DNA of 64,000 nucleotides, taken from the NCBI GenBank assembly GCA_963845755.1, contig CAWJTV010000038.1, positions 128,001 to 192,000 of the forward strand, written 5' to 3'. Below the pieces are notes generated by a model that ran no database searches, was not told the origin of the DNA, and saw nothing but the letters and a program-made list of their open reading frames with translations. Each line of letters starts with the position of its first letter. Within the stretch, counting starts at the first letter, position 1. Made by a program: the position numbers and the translations under genes. Origin of the DNA: an uncultured Planctomycetota bacterium (GTDB taxonomy: Bacteria > Planctomycetota > Planctomycetia > Isosphaerales > Isosphaeraceae). Positions 54,852 to 64,000 of this stretch are shown here, piece by piece.

Positions 54852-56735
54852 TCAAGGGGTGTTGTCCGTGAGATCGCGGCCGTCCCCGGGGTTTGTCGGC
54901 GGGGTTGTAGGTCGCAAACTCGGTGGCGGCCCGAGGGCCGAGGTCCCGTCCGGAGGGCCGGGCGCGTTGCGCAGGGCTTGCTCGACGGCGTCCATCAGGC
55001 GATCGGCTCGGAAGGGTTTGTAGAGCACCGTTTGCAGCCCTTCCTGGCGCGCCTTGACGATCGAGTGGGAAGGGTCCCAGCCAAAGCCGGTCATCAGGAT
55101 GATCGGTACGTTCGGCTGGGCTTCCCGGAGCCGTTTGAAGGCCTCATACCCGTCGAGATCGGGCAGCCGGATGTCCACCAATGCGGTGGAATACGGCGTC
55201 TGCCGCATCAGCGCGATCGCCTCATTCGCATCGCGGGCCGTCTCCACGCTGGCTCCCACATTCCCGAGCAACTGATGGGCCGAGCGGCGAATCGCATCGT
55301 CGGCGTTGACTACGAGGATCCGCGTCCCCGACAGCCGGGGCGCGGTGCCCGACGGGCTTTGCTTGGGCTGCGGCGCGATCGTCGAGCCGGCTTTGTGGAT
55401 CAGGCTGCGGATCTCGCGGGCCCGGTACAGCAGATGACGCAGTCGGGCGATGATGTCCTCGTCGTGGCCGGCATAGCGGTCCAGGACCGTCGTCGCATCG
55501 GTGATGATGTCGTCCAGCGGGATCGCCAGCTCCCGGTTGATCGCCTCGACCGACGCGCTGGCCGTGCTGACCTTCTCCGCCTCGAGCAGCTCCAGGGTAT
55601 TGAGCGCCGCGGCGATGTTCCGCCCGTAGATCTCGATGAACTGTCGGTCGCGGTCGTCGAACGCCTCCGGTTGCGGGCTCTCGACGTTCAACGTGCCGAT
55701 GACCGTGCCGTGGATGATCAGGGGGACCGTCAGCGAGCTGCGCGACCCCGCCGCCCCCTCCAGGTAGAGTGGGTCTCGCGTCGTGTCGGGGCAGACATAG
55801 CTCTTTCCCGTCGCGGCCACGAAGCCGGTGACCCCGTTGCCTTCCTTGCGTGCGAACAGCTCGCGATTGGCGGCCAGAGGGGTCATCCCCTCGGTCAATA
55901 GCGGAATCAGCCGGTTGCTCGGCCGCTCCAGCAGGCGGATCTCGATGAAGTCCAGGCCCAGCAAGTCCTTCATGTGCCGGGCGATGTTGTACTTCAACAG
56001 GTCCGTTCGCTCCTCGACCCCCATCTCGGCGAGCTCTTCGGGGGTCAGGTCGGCCAGCTCATCGCCCGCCTTGTGGATCGCATTGACCTTGAGCTGCTGT
56101 TGCGTCTCGTCGGTCGTCTCGCGCGTCAGGGCGATCAGGTGTGTCAGTGCATTCGAGCCGTCGAAGACCGGCGTCACGGTGACCCGAAGGTACCGGTTCC
56201 CCTCGATCTTCATCGCGGTGCCCGCCGGCGCCTTCGAGGCCACCGCGGTCGTGAACGGGCACGGGTCCGGCCCAAGGATCTCCGGCTGACCCAACGCCTG
56301 ATAGAACGGCGAACCCACCGGAGGCGCCGACGAATGGGTCAGCGAGTAGAACTCCGGATTGGCCCAGATGATCCTCAGATCGGGGTCCACCACCGCCACG
56401 CCGTCGGAGATCGCGTCGAGGATCTCCTCGGCCTGGATCATCATCCCAACCCATCGCACTGCCGAGAGTTGCGACGCGTCTACGTGGACCGCGGCGAACT
56501 TCTGGTCTCGCAGCAGCGACAGCGCCTTGGAAATCGTGCGGACCACCACCAGGTCGAACGACGTGGCGAGGAAGTCAAACGCGGATTTCCCGTGCGCGTT
56601 GTCGCGGTCGATCACCAACAGCCGAGGCTTTCCAGCCACACCGGTCACCCCCACATCAGGATGATCCTCGCCCCGTCCCCATTCCATCCCAGCGCACTCG
56701 CAATTGTCCGGCAGCTTGCTTGCGCAACCGAGCAC
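54852..56735 (-). CDS. Signalling protein: degenerate REC, PAS, GAF, HisKA-like helix and REC; true start probably a GTG near 56640-56655
   Basis: DGVAVVDPDLRIIWAN (PAS); GVTGFVAATG...LTVPL..GTLNVES (GAF); VDIRLPDLDG...MTG...KPF (REC). Confidence 0.88.
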   Translation of the reverse strand: MLGCASKLPDNCECAGMEWGRGEDHPDVGVTGVAGKPRLLVIDRDNAHGKSAFDFLATSFDLVVVRTISKALSLLRDQKFAAVHVDASQLSAVRWVGMMIQAEEILDAISDGVAVVDPDLRIIWANPEFYSLTHSSAPPVGSPFYQALGQPEILGPDPCPFTTAVASKAPAGTAMKIEGNRYLRVTVTPVFDGSNALTHLIALTRETTDETQQQLKVNAIHKAGDELADLTPEELAEMGVEERTDLLKYNIARHMKDLLGLDFIEIRLLERPSNRLIPLLTEGMTPLAANRELFARKEGNGVTGFVAATGKSYVCPDTTRDPLYLEGAAGSRSSLTVPLIIHGTVIGTLNVESPQPEAFDDRDRQFIEIYGRNIAAALNTLELLEAEKVSTASASVEAINRELAIPLDDIITDATTVLDRYAGHDEDIIARLRHLLYRAREIRSLIHKAGSTIAPQPKQSPSGTAPRLSGTRILVVNADDAIRRSAHQLLGNVGASVETARDANEAIALMRQTPYSTALVDIRLPDLDGYEAFKRLREAQPNVPIILMTGFGWDPSHSIVKARQEGLQTVLYKPFRADRLMDAVEQALRNAPGPPDGTSALGPPPSLRPTTPPTNPGDGRDLTDNTP

Positions 56736-56950
56736 GGTTCAAATAGTTATCGTAGTCCACGCGGCCCGGCGCGGCAAGACGCCTTGAAGTTATTGTCATT
56801 AGCTAAATTGCCAAAACTCGGATATTTCCACAATATAAGGATTTTGCGTGGTCTCGATGATTCCGGAACAAGCCGTGTTCTACGCTCAAGGCGAGAAGTT
56901 GGCCTGATGAGGTCGCTTCTGTAGGCGGATCGCTTGACAACCGGGTTCCT

Positions 56951-57016
56951 GGTCATTAGTCATGGGTCATGGGTCCTCCGTTGACAAAAGGCCAAGGACC
57001 AATGACTAAGGACCAG
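56951..57016. repeat. Heptamer-repeat hairpin, family B (GGTCATT / TGACYAA)
   Basis: ggtcatt-agtcatg-ggtcatg-ggtcct ... tgacaaa-aggccaa-ggaccaa-tgactaa-ggaccag. Confidence 0.75.
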
Positions 57017-57021
57017 TGAAG

Positions 57022-57594
57022 ATGCGTCCGACGCAACGATTGACGGCGCAGCATGGTGCATTGCTGGTGGTGGATCTCCAGGACAAGCTCCTGGGGCTGA
57101 TTCCCGACCGCGAGGCCGTGATCTCTCATACCGTAGCCCTGATTCGCGGAGCCCGGACGCTGGGGATGCCGGTCTGGGCCACGGAACAATACCCGCACGG
57201 CCTGGGGCCATCCGCCGCCGCGATCGCCGAGTTGATTCCCGATCGACCGGCCAAGACGACCTTCCATTGCTGCGGAGTCCCTCAGCTCCTGGAGCAACTT
57301 TACGGCCGGAACATCCGTCATGTGACGGTCGCGGGAATCGAGGCCCACGTCTGCGTGGCCCAGACGGCTCTCGAATTGCTCGATCTCGGCTTCCGGGTCC
57401 AGGTCCCGGCCGATGCCGTCACCTCCCGCCATAGAATCGACTGGGAATTCGCGCTCCGGCGGCTCGAACGAGCCGGAGCCACCGTGTTGACGACTGAGTC
57501 CGTCCTCTTCGAATGGACCGAACGGTCCGACCGAGCTGAGTTCAAGGCCATCAGCGAGCTGATCAAGGCTTTAGCAGTAAGCCGAAGGCAGTAG
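57022..57594 (+). CDS. Isochorismatase family hydrolase
   Basis: LLVVDLQDKL, TEQYPHGLG and GIEAHVCVAQT. Confidence 0.93.
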   Translation: MRPTQRLTAQHGALLVVDLQDKLLGLIPDREAVISHTVALIRGARTLGMPVWATEQYPHGLGPSAAAIAELIPDRPAKTTFHCCGVPQLLEQLYGRNIRHVTVAGIEAHVCVAQTALELLDLGFRVQVPADAVTSRHRIDWEFALRRLERAGATVLTTESVLFEWTERSDRAEFKAISELIKALAVSRRQ

Positions 57595-57650
57595 GCAGTG
57601 TAATGCATTTGACTTTTCTGCCTACTACCTACGGCCCACGGCCTACTGTT
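57573..57650. repeat. Heptamer-repeat hairpin, family C (GGCAGTA / TACTGCC)
   Basis: agcagta-agccgaa-ggcagta-ggcagtg ... ttctgcc-tactacc-tacggcc-cacggcc-tactgtt; contains the stop codon of the upstream gene. Confidence 0.75.
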
Positions 57651-57669
57651 GGATTAAGGAGCTGCCCCC

Positions 57670-58884
57670 GTGTCCGCCGTCCCGCGACCACCGACGACGA
57701 GCCCTCTGAGTCCTTCGCCCCGGCTGCTATTGGGCCCTGGCCCCAGTGACGTGCATCCGCGCGTCCTGTCGGCGATGGCGACGCCCCTGGTGGGCCACCT
57801 TGACCCCGAGTTCGTGGCCTTGATGGACGAGACCCAGGAGCTGCTCCGTTACGTCTTCCAGACCACGAACCGGATGACGCTGGCGGTCTCCGGAACGGGC
57901 TCGGCCGGCATGGAGACCGTGGTCGTCAACCTGATCGAGCCCGGCGACCGGATGTTGGTCTGCATCAACGGCGTCTTCGGCGCGCGGATGCAAGACGTGG
58001 CGGAGCGGGCCGGTGCGCAAGTCACCGTGATCGAACGGCCTTATGGTGAGGTGTTCGACCCGGACGAAGTGAAGGCGGCGATCCAACGCGTGGGACCGAA
58101 GGTCGTCGGGATCGTGCATGCGGAGACCTCGACAGGCGCCTGGCAGCCGGTGGAGGAGATCGCGCGGAACGCTCACGAGGCCGGTGCCTTGATCGCGCTG
58201 GATACCGTGACCGCACTGGGGGGAATCCCCGTCGAGATCGATGCCTGGGAGATCGACGCGGTCTATTCCGGGACCCAGAAATGCCTGAGCTGCCCTCCGG
58301 GTCTGGCGCCGGTCTCGCTGGGCCCGCGAGCGGTCGAGGCCCTGAATCGTCGCAAGGCGAAGGTCCAGAGCTGGTACCTCGATCTGACGATGATCCAGCG
58401 CTACTGGGGGAGCGACCGGTTCTATCATCACACGGCGCCGATCAGCATGAATTATGCCCTGCGCGAGGCGCTGGCGGTGGTCGTCGAGGAGGGTTTGGAG
58501 GCCCGGTTCGCCCGGCATGCGCTCAACGGCCGCGCCCTCCATACCGGGCTAACCGCGATGGGCCTGAGCCTACTGGCCGATCCCAAGCATCGTCTGCCCC
58601 AGTTGACGTGCGTCAAGATCCCCGATGGCATCGATGACCTGACGGTCCGTCGCCGACTGCTCAAGGACTGGGGCATCGAGATCGGCGGCGGCCTCGGGCC
58701 GTTCAAGGGCCAGGCCTGGCGGATCGGGCTCATGGGATATGGCTCGCGGCAGAGCCACGTTACGCTGCTCCTGGCCGCGCTGGAGACCTGCCTCCGCGAC
58801 CTGGGACACAAGTTCCCGCCCGGCGAGGCGATCCGGGCGGCGTCCGCCGTGTACAACGAGTCGAATCAAACAGCGATGCCTTGA
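57670..58884 (+). CDS. Alanine-glyoxylate / serine-pyruvate aminotransferase (class V)
   Basis: [27 protein letters not shown] (PLP lysine), YHHTAP and WRIGLMG. Confidence 0.95.
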   Translation: MSAVPRPPTTSPLSPSPRLLLGPGPSDVHPRVLSAMATPLVGHLDPEFVALMDETQELLRYVFQTTNRMTLAVSGTGSAGMETVVVNLIEPGDRMLVCINGVFGARMQDVAERAGAQVTVIERPYGEVFDPDEVKAAIQRVGPKVVGIVHAETSTGAWQPVEEIARNAHEAGALIALDTVTALGGIPVEIDAWEIDAVYSGTQKCLSCPPGLAPVSLGPRAVEALNRRKAKVQSWYLDLTMIQRYWGSDRFYHHTAPISMNYALREALAVVVEEGLEARFARHALNGRALHTGLTAMGLSLLADPKHRLPQLTCVKIPDGIDDLTVRRRLLKDWGIEIGGGLGPFKGQAWRIGLMGYGSRQSHVTLLLAALETCLRDLGHKFPPGEAIRAASAVYNESNQTAMP

Positions 58885-58912
58885 GGCGGCCGGCTCGACC
58901 GGTTTCCTGGTT

Positions 58913-58974
58913 GTAGGGTGGGTGCCACCCACCGACGTCAGGCTCGGGAATTCGGTGGATTTCACCCGCCCTAC
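58913..58974. repeat. GTAG-type REP doublet, family 2, between convergent genes
   Basis: gtagggtgggtgccacccaccga ... tcggtggatttcacccgccctac. Confidence 0.8.
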
Positions 58975-58993
58975 GAAGACCGGTCTCCTCGGT

Positions 58994-60206
58994 TTATTTC
59001 GCGCGATCCAGGGCGGAGTTCGCCGCTTCCTGGAAGGCTCGCCGGACCTCGGACAAGTCCGAGTTGGCGAAATTCGCGCGCTGGACCATCAGGATGTAGA
59101 CGCGCTTCTTCACGGGGTCGATCCACGCCTGCGTGCCGTACGCCCCACCATGGCCGAAGGTCCCGGGCGAGAGCGCCGCGGTCACCCCTTGTGGCTCGCG
59201 GACGACGCACCAGCCCAGGCCCCAGCCGTTCCCCGGCGTGAAGCCAGTCTTCAGGTCACCCGACTGGACCGTCGTCATCAGTCTGACGGACTCCGGCTTC
59301 AAGTAGCGCCTACCGTCGAACTCGCCTTCGTTGAGGATCATCTGACAGAAGCGGCGCGTAATCCGGCGCGGTCGAAAAGAGCCCGCCGTTCCCCGCCGGG
59401 AAGCGATCGCGGCTGGTCGGCTTCTGGCCGTTCAGGAAGCGGATCTCCGTCGCCTCGAGCTTGCCCGATTCACTCCGGCGGTACGAGCTGGCGAGCCGCG
59501 GGAGTTGATTGTCGGTTAGATAGAACGTCGTGTCCTTCATTTCCAGCGGGTCGAACAGCCGCCGCTGGAGGAATTCCTCGAATGGCTCGCCCGAGACGAC
59601 CTCGACGATGCGGGCCGCGGTGTTGATCGCCGACTGGCAATAGGCCCACTTCGTGCCGGGCTCGAACCGGACAGGCTTTGCGACATACAGAGGGATGACC
59701 CCCGCCAGCTTCTTGATACCCCGGGCCTCGCCGGGCGAGAGATCGCTCATGCCCGAGGTGTGCGTGAGCAGGTGGCGGATCGTGACCCGCGCGGGCTTGC
59801 CGTCCGCCATCTTGAGGCTCTGGAACTCCGGAATGTACGTCTCGACCAGGTCATCGACGGACAGTTTCCCCTCCTCGTGAAGCATGAGGACGGCCGTGCC
59901 CGTGATGGGCTTGGTCATCGACGCGATCCAGACGATGCTGTCCGGACGCATCGGCTTCGCTTCACCGATATCGGCGTTGCCGATTGCGTCCGAATGCACG
60001 ATCCGATCGGACGTCGCCACGAGTGTCACGGCGCCCGCGATCTCCTGGTGTTCGAGGAACGGCCGCAACTGCTCGTTGATCGCGGAGATGACCGGCGTTT
60101 TGCCGGCCTCGCCGGATTCCTGACGAGCGATCGTGGTGCCGGCCGTGGCCAGGAGGAACAGCGAGGCGATGGCTCCAGAGAAGATCGAAGCGGTGAGTCT
60201 CGGCAT
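58994..60206 (-). CDS. Serine hydrolase, beta-lactamase class C-like; frameshift near 59350
   Basis: IASMTK (SxxK), LLTHTSG, GGLFST and FGHGGAYGT; signal peptide. Confidence 0.92.
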
Positions 60207-60391
60207 GTTGAAGTCACCTCGACAATGGATCGGGATTCTCCGGATGGGCGCCGTCCGACCCTCTGGACGGTCTCATCCAGTTGATCGCGATCCACGATGG
60301 AATCGAGGAGACTGTATCAACGATGCCGGGTCATTGCATCACAATAGAGAAAAGCGACCGTCGCCTCGCCGGCTTGTTGAGAAAGCCTGAC

Positions 60392-62036
60392 CTACTTTGC
60401 CGGAGGGGCGGCCTTCGTCCGATCGGCCAGGGCGACGACCTGTTTGATGCGATTCTGGCGGCTCTGTAATTGCTGGATCCGCAATCCGACCTCAGCGATC
60501 TCGGCCTCGACGATTTGAATTTGGGCGGTGGCAACCTTGTACTCACCTTCGCCCCGGGCGACATCCTCCGTGGAAACCATCCCCGGCTTCCGTTCGTTGA
60601 GACGCTTGTTTCGGGCGACAACGGTCTGGGCCACCTCTGTCTGGGCTTCGGCTTTCAGTCGCTCCGCATTCTTCCGGCGCATCTCCAGCTTGAGGCGAGC
60701 GATCTCGTCGGCGATGTCTTGGTCGAGCCCTTCCAGCAAAGAGGTGGTGGCGCGAACTTGTTTTCGCGACTCCTCCCATGCCATTCGCCCGGGCACATCA
60801 CTTCGGTGGGTCATTTCGGGATTATTCCCATCGTAGTCTTCCAACTGATTCTTGAGCTGGATTTCCAGCTCGCGGATCGAGTTCGAGGTTACCGGGAAGT
60901 TCCTTCGTGATCCGTCATTGGGGCGATCCGGGGACGGGCTTGGAGGCGACTGGACCCGCCGGTCGTCGAGCAAGTCGTTCAGCTCGTGGATGATTCGGGT
61001 GACCACATCCTTTTCGCGAGCCTGGAGAACCTGGGTCTTCTTCAGCCTCGCGGATAACTCGGCAATCTCGTCCTTGTTTGCGGGTTCGACTTGCTCCCAC
61101 GGGTCGAAGGTGATCGAGGCTGAATTCTTGGCCGCCCCAGCGTCTTGTGACTGCGACGAGGCATATGACACGGCGACCACGCCGCCAGCCGAGAGGCAGG
61201 TGGCCAGGACGGCCAGTCCGATCCATTTCAGTTGAGCGAGTTTCATGGTCGTGAGCACTCCCTGGGTCAGTGCGAGCGCCGATGCGGCGACCGCGCCGGC
61301 CTGGATGGTTTGAGCCGAGCCGAAACCGAAAGCCGCCTTCACCGTCGCCGAGACCAGCGACGGCGGGACGGCCTCGACGAGGAGTCTGGCCGGCAACCTG
61401 GAACCCGTGCCCAGAATCGCGGCGGTCGGGGCGAATCCCCGGCGCGTCAGTCGTCTCTTGAGCAGGTCGCGACCCCGGGCCAACCGGCTACGAACGGTCC
61501 CGACCGGACAGCGGAGTTCCTCCGCGGCCTGGTCGTGGGTCCGTCCCCGCAGGTAGCACAGAATCAGCGGTGCCCGGTATTTTTCCGGCAGCCGGTTCAA
61601 CTCCTGATCGAGCACGGGGTCGATTTCCAGTCGTTCTGTCGACTCCGGCCGGGCCGCGACTTCCAGTTCCGCAACCGCGGCCTCGTGGCCCCGGCGGCGA
61701 AGCGTCTGGGTCCGCGCCCGTCGCGCGACCCGATACGCCACGCCATAAAGCCAGCTTGACAAGAGGTTTCCGTCCCGGATCGCCGGCGCCTTGCGGACCA
61801 GTACCAGGAACGTCGCCTGGAAACGCGTCCTCGATGTCCCGCGGGTCGCGGAGCATCCGCCGGCACAGGCCCAGCACCATCGGACCGTGCAGGTCCACCA
61901 GTGCCTCGAAGGCGTCCTCATCCCGGCGCATCCGGTAACGCTCCAGGAGCTGCCCGTCTCCCAGACCGCCCAGCGTCCCCTCCCGGAACAGCCGGTCGAT
62001 CTGCCGCAAGACGATCCCACGGCCGGTGCACGACAT
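60392..62036 (-). CDS. ECF sigma factor with a TM helix and coiled-coil C-terminal extension; frameshift near 61825
   Basis: DGQLLERY, EDAFQATFLVL, WLYGVAYR, LPEKYRAPLILCYL and GTVRSRLARGR. Confidence 0.9.
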
Positions 62037-62283
62037 CGCTCGATCCTCCCCCAACAAATGCCCGATCATCCAACTTACTGCACCCGGAGCCGGAACCAAT
62101 CCCGATTCTTCGGAAAAAATGGTTCGCGCCCTTCCGCAGGGGACATCCGAAATGTTTCGGCCAGGGCACTTGCAGCCGATCGTCCCAGTGGGTAGACTGA
62201 CAGTACGACGTTCGTAAGAGACGGTGTCCAGATCTTCTCTGGAATCTGGAATCGGGAATTTGTCATTCCGAAAGGGGCGCCCG

Positions 62284-63917
62284 ATGTTGCGCGAGCTGGA
62301 GAAGCCGGTGGCCCGAGTTTTCCGGCGATTGCGGTACCAGCGGTTCCTGACCATCCTGGTGTGGTCGTGGGCGTTCGCGCTGGTGATTGTGGCCGGAGTG
62401 ATCGGCGCGGAGAAGCTTCTCAATCGCGCCCTCGCGGGGCCGGGTTGGGTGCCATTCGCGGTGGCCGGGATATTCGGGATGCTGGTGGCGTCGGGTTTCG
62501 CGATTTTCTCCGGCCCGAGCCGGCTGGACGCCGCGGTGGCAATCGATCGCGCCTTTCACTTGAACGAGCGGCTCAGCTCGGCCCTGAGCCTGCCCGAGGG
62601 CCTGCGCGAGACCCCCGCGGGTCGGGCCCTGATCGCCGACTCCGTGCGGAAGGTCACCGACCTGGACGTCGCCGCCGAGTTCGGCCTCCGGCTTCCCCGC
62701 CGGGCCTGGGTCGTGCTGATCCCCGCCACGGTCTGCGCCTGCTCCTGTTCGCCCCCGCGTGGGTTCGCAACGCCGTGCTGGCCAAGACCATCAGCGAGAC
62801 GGTTGACACTAAGGCGCTGGCCAAACAGGCCCAGGCCCTCAGCAAGAAGATCGCCAGCCAGCGCTCGGTGATCGACAAACAGAAGTTCCCGGAGGCCGAC
62901 AAGCTCCTGGCCCAACTGCAGAAGAAGACCGACGAGCTGACCAAGGCGCCCCCCGCGGCCAAGGACAAGCTCATGGTCGAGCTGAATTCCTTGACCGACG
63001 CGTTGAAGGAGCGGCAGAAGCAGCTCGGCTCCCCCGACCAGGTGAACCGCCAGCTCAAGCAGCTCAAGGAAATGGGGAGCTCCGGTCCCGCTGACGAATT
63101 CGCCAAGGACCTCGCCCGCGGCGACTTCAAGAAGGCGGCCGAAGATCTCAAGAAGCTCCAGGAAAAACTCGCGTCGGGCAAGATGACCGAGGCCGAGCAG
63201 AAGGCCCTCAAAGAACAGCTTCAGGAGATGGCCAAGAAGCTCAACGACCTGGCCAACCTCGAGCAGCGGAAGAAACAGTTGGAGGAAGCCCGCAAGAACG
63301 GCGGCCTGAGCGAACAGCAATATCAGCGCGAGATGGAAAAGCTCCAGGAACAGGCCAAGGGCCTCAAGCAGCTCCAGCAGCTCGCCAGCAAGATCGGCCA
63401 GGCCCAGGAGGCGATGCAGAAGGGCGACATGAAAAAGGCCGCCGAGGCGATGGGCATGTCGCAGCAGCAGCTCCAGGAGATGGCCAAGCAGCTCGAGGAG
63501 ATGCAGGCCCTCGACGGCGCCCTGGCCGACGTCCAGGATTCCAAGAACGGTATGTCCGCCGATGGGATGAACCAACTCGGCGACGACCTGAACGCCCTCG
63601 GCATGAATATGGAACGTCGCAAAGGCAACGGCAACGGCATGGGCCGCGGCCGAGGACAGGGCGATCGCCCCGAGGCCCCCGACGATACCGCGACCTACAA
63701 GGCTAAGGTCCCCAACCAGATCGGCAAGGGAAAAGCCGTCTTGCAAGGATTCACCACGCCAAGCAAGACTGTCAAGGGCCACACCCTCATCGACATCCAG
63801 GCCGAGCTCGAAACCTCCATCGGCTCCACCGCCGATGCCCTCTCCAATCAGAAAATCCCCAAGAACCTCGAGAAGCACATCCGGTCTTACTACGACCAAC
63901 TGAATAAAGGACGTTGA
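62284..63917 (+). CDS. Membrane-anchored coiled-coil hypothetical protein; frameshift near 62735
   Basis: Two TM helices, IDRAFHLNERLSSAL, Q/K/E-rich heptads, a Gly-rich linker and C-terminal IPKNLEKHIRSYY. Confidence 0.8.
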
Positions 63918-63968
63918 TCGATCCATCTGGGAAAAGCCAGACTTCGCTCGATCCGGCAACTTTCGACG

Positions 63969-63998
63969 GCCCAGGGTGCGCCTCCGGCAACCCTGGGC
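63969..63998. repeat. Hairpin downstream of the last gene
   Basis: gcccagggt ... accctgggc. Confidence 0.45.
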
Positions 63999-64000
63999 CG

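Overview
GC-rich bacterial chromosomal window. The gene content (DUF1559, DUF4058, Uma2, DUF11, a membrane-anchored ECF sigma factor, Hint proteins, a MoxR/vWA operon) points to a planctomycete, probably Isosphaeraceae-like; this is inference. About 20 of roughly 45 genes, including miaA and pfk, are split by single-base frameshifts. This pattern looks like long-read indel error, so I reassembled genes across frames by eye. Housekeeping genes: hflX, truB, miaA, a cyclophilin and a PPi-type pfk. Most interesting elements: (1) two tandem secreted TPR/HEAT proteins ending in Hint domains with an intact N-terminal catalytic set, a non-canonical His-Asp end and no toxin; (2) a ~4 kb block of exported proteins (CxxCH heme protein, M43 protease, Spy-like protein) bracketed by ynfA and a decayed ynfA copy; (3) a di-heme protein between two paralogs, one with and one without the DUF1559 module; (4) a MoxR-DUF58-vWA operon with an unlisted 45-aa membrane protein; (5) three families of heptamer-repeat hairpins plus several GTAG-type REP elements; (6) a BrnT-like/XRE toxin-antitoxin pair with a readable promoter and operator. 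No CRISPR array, tRNA, rRNA, integrase or transposase was seen. All assignments come from motif recognition; no searches were run.
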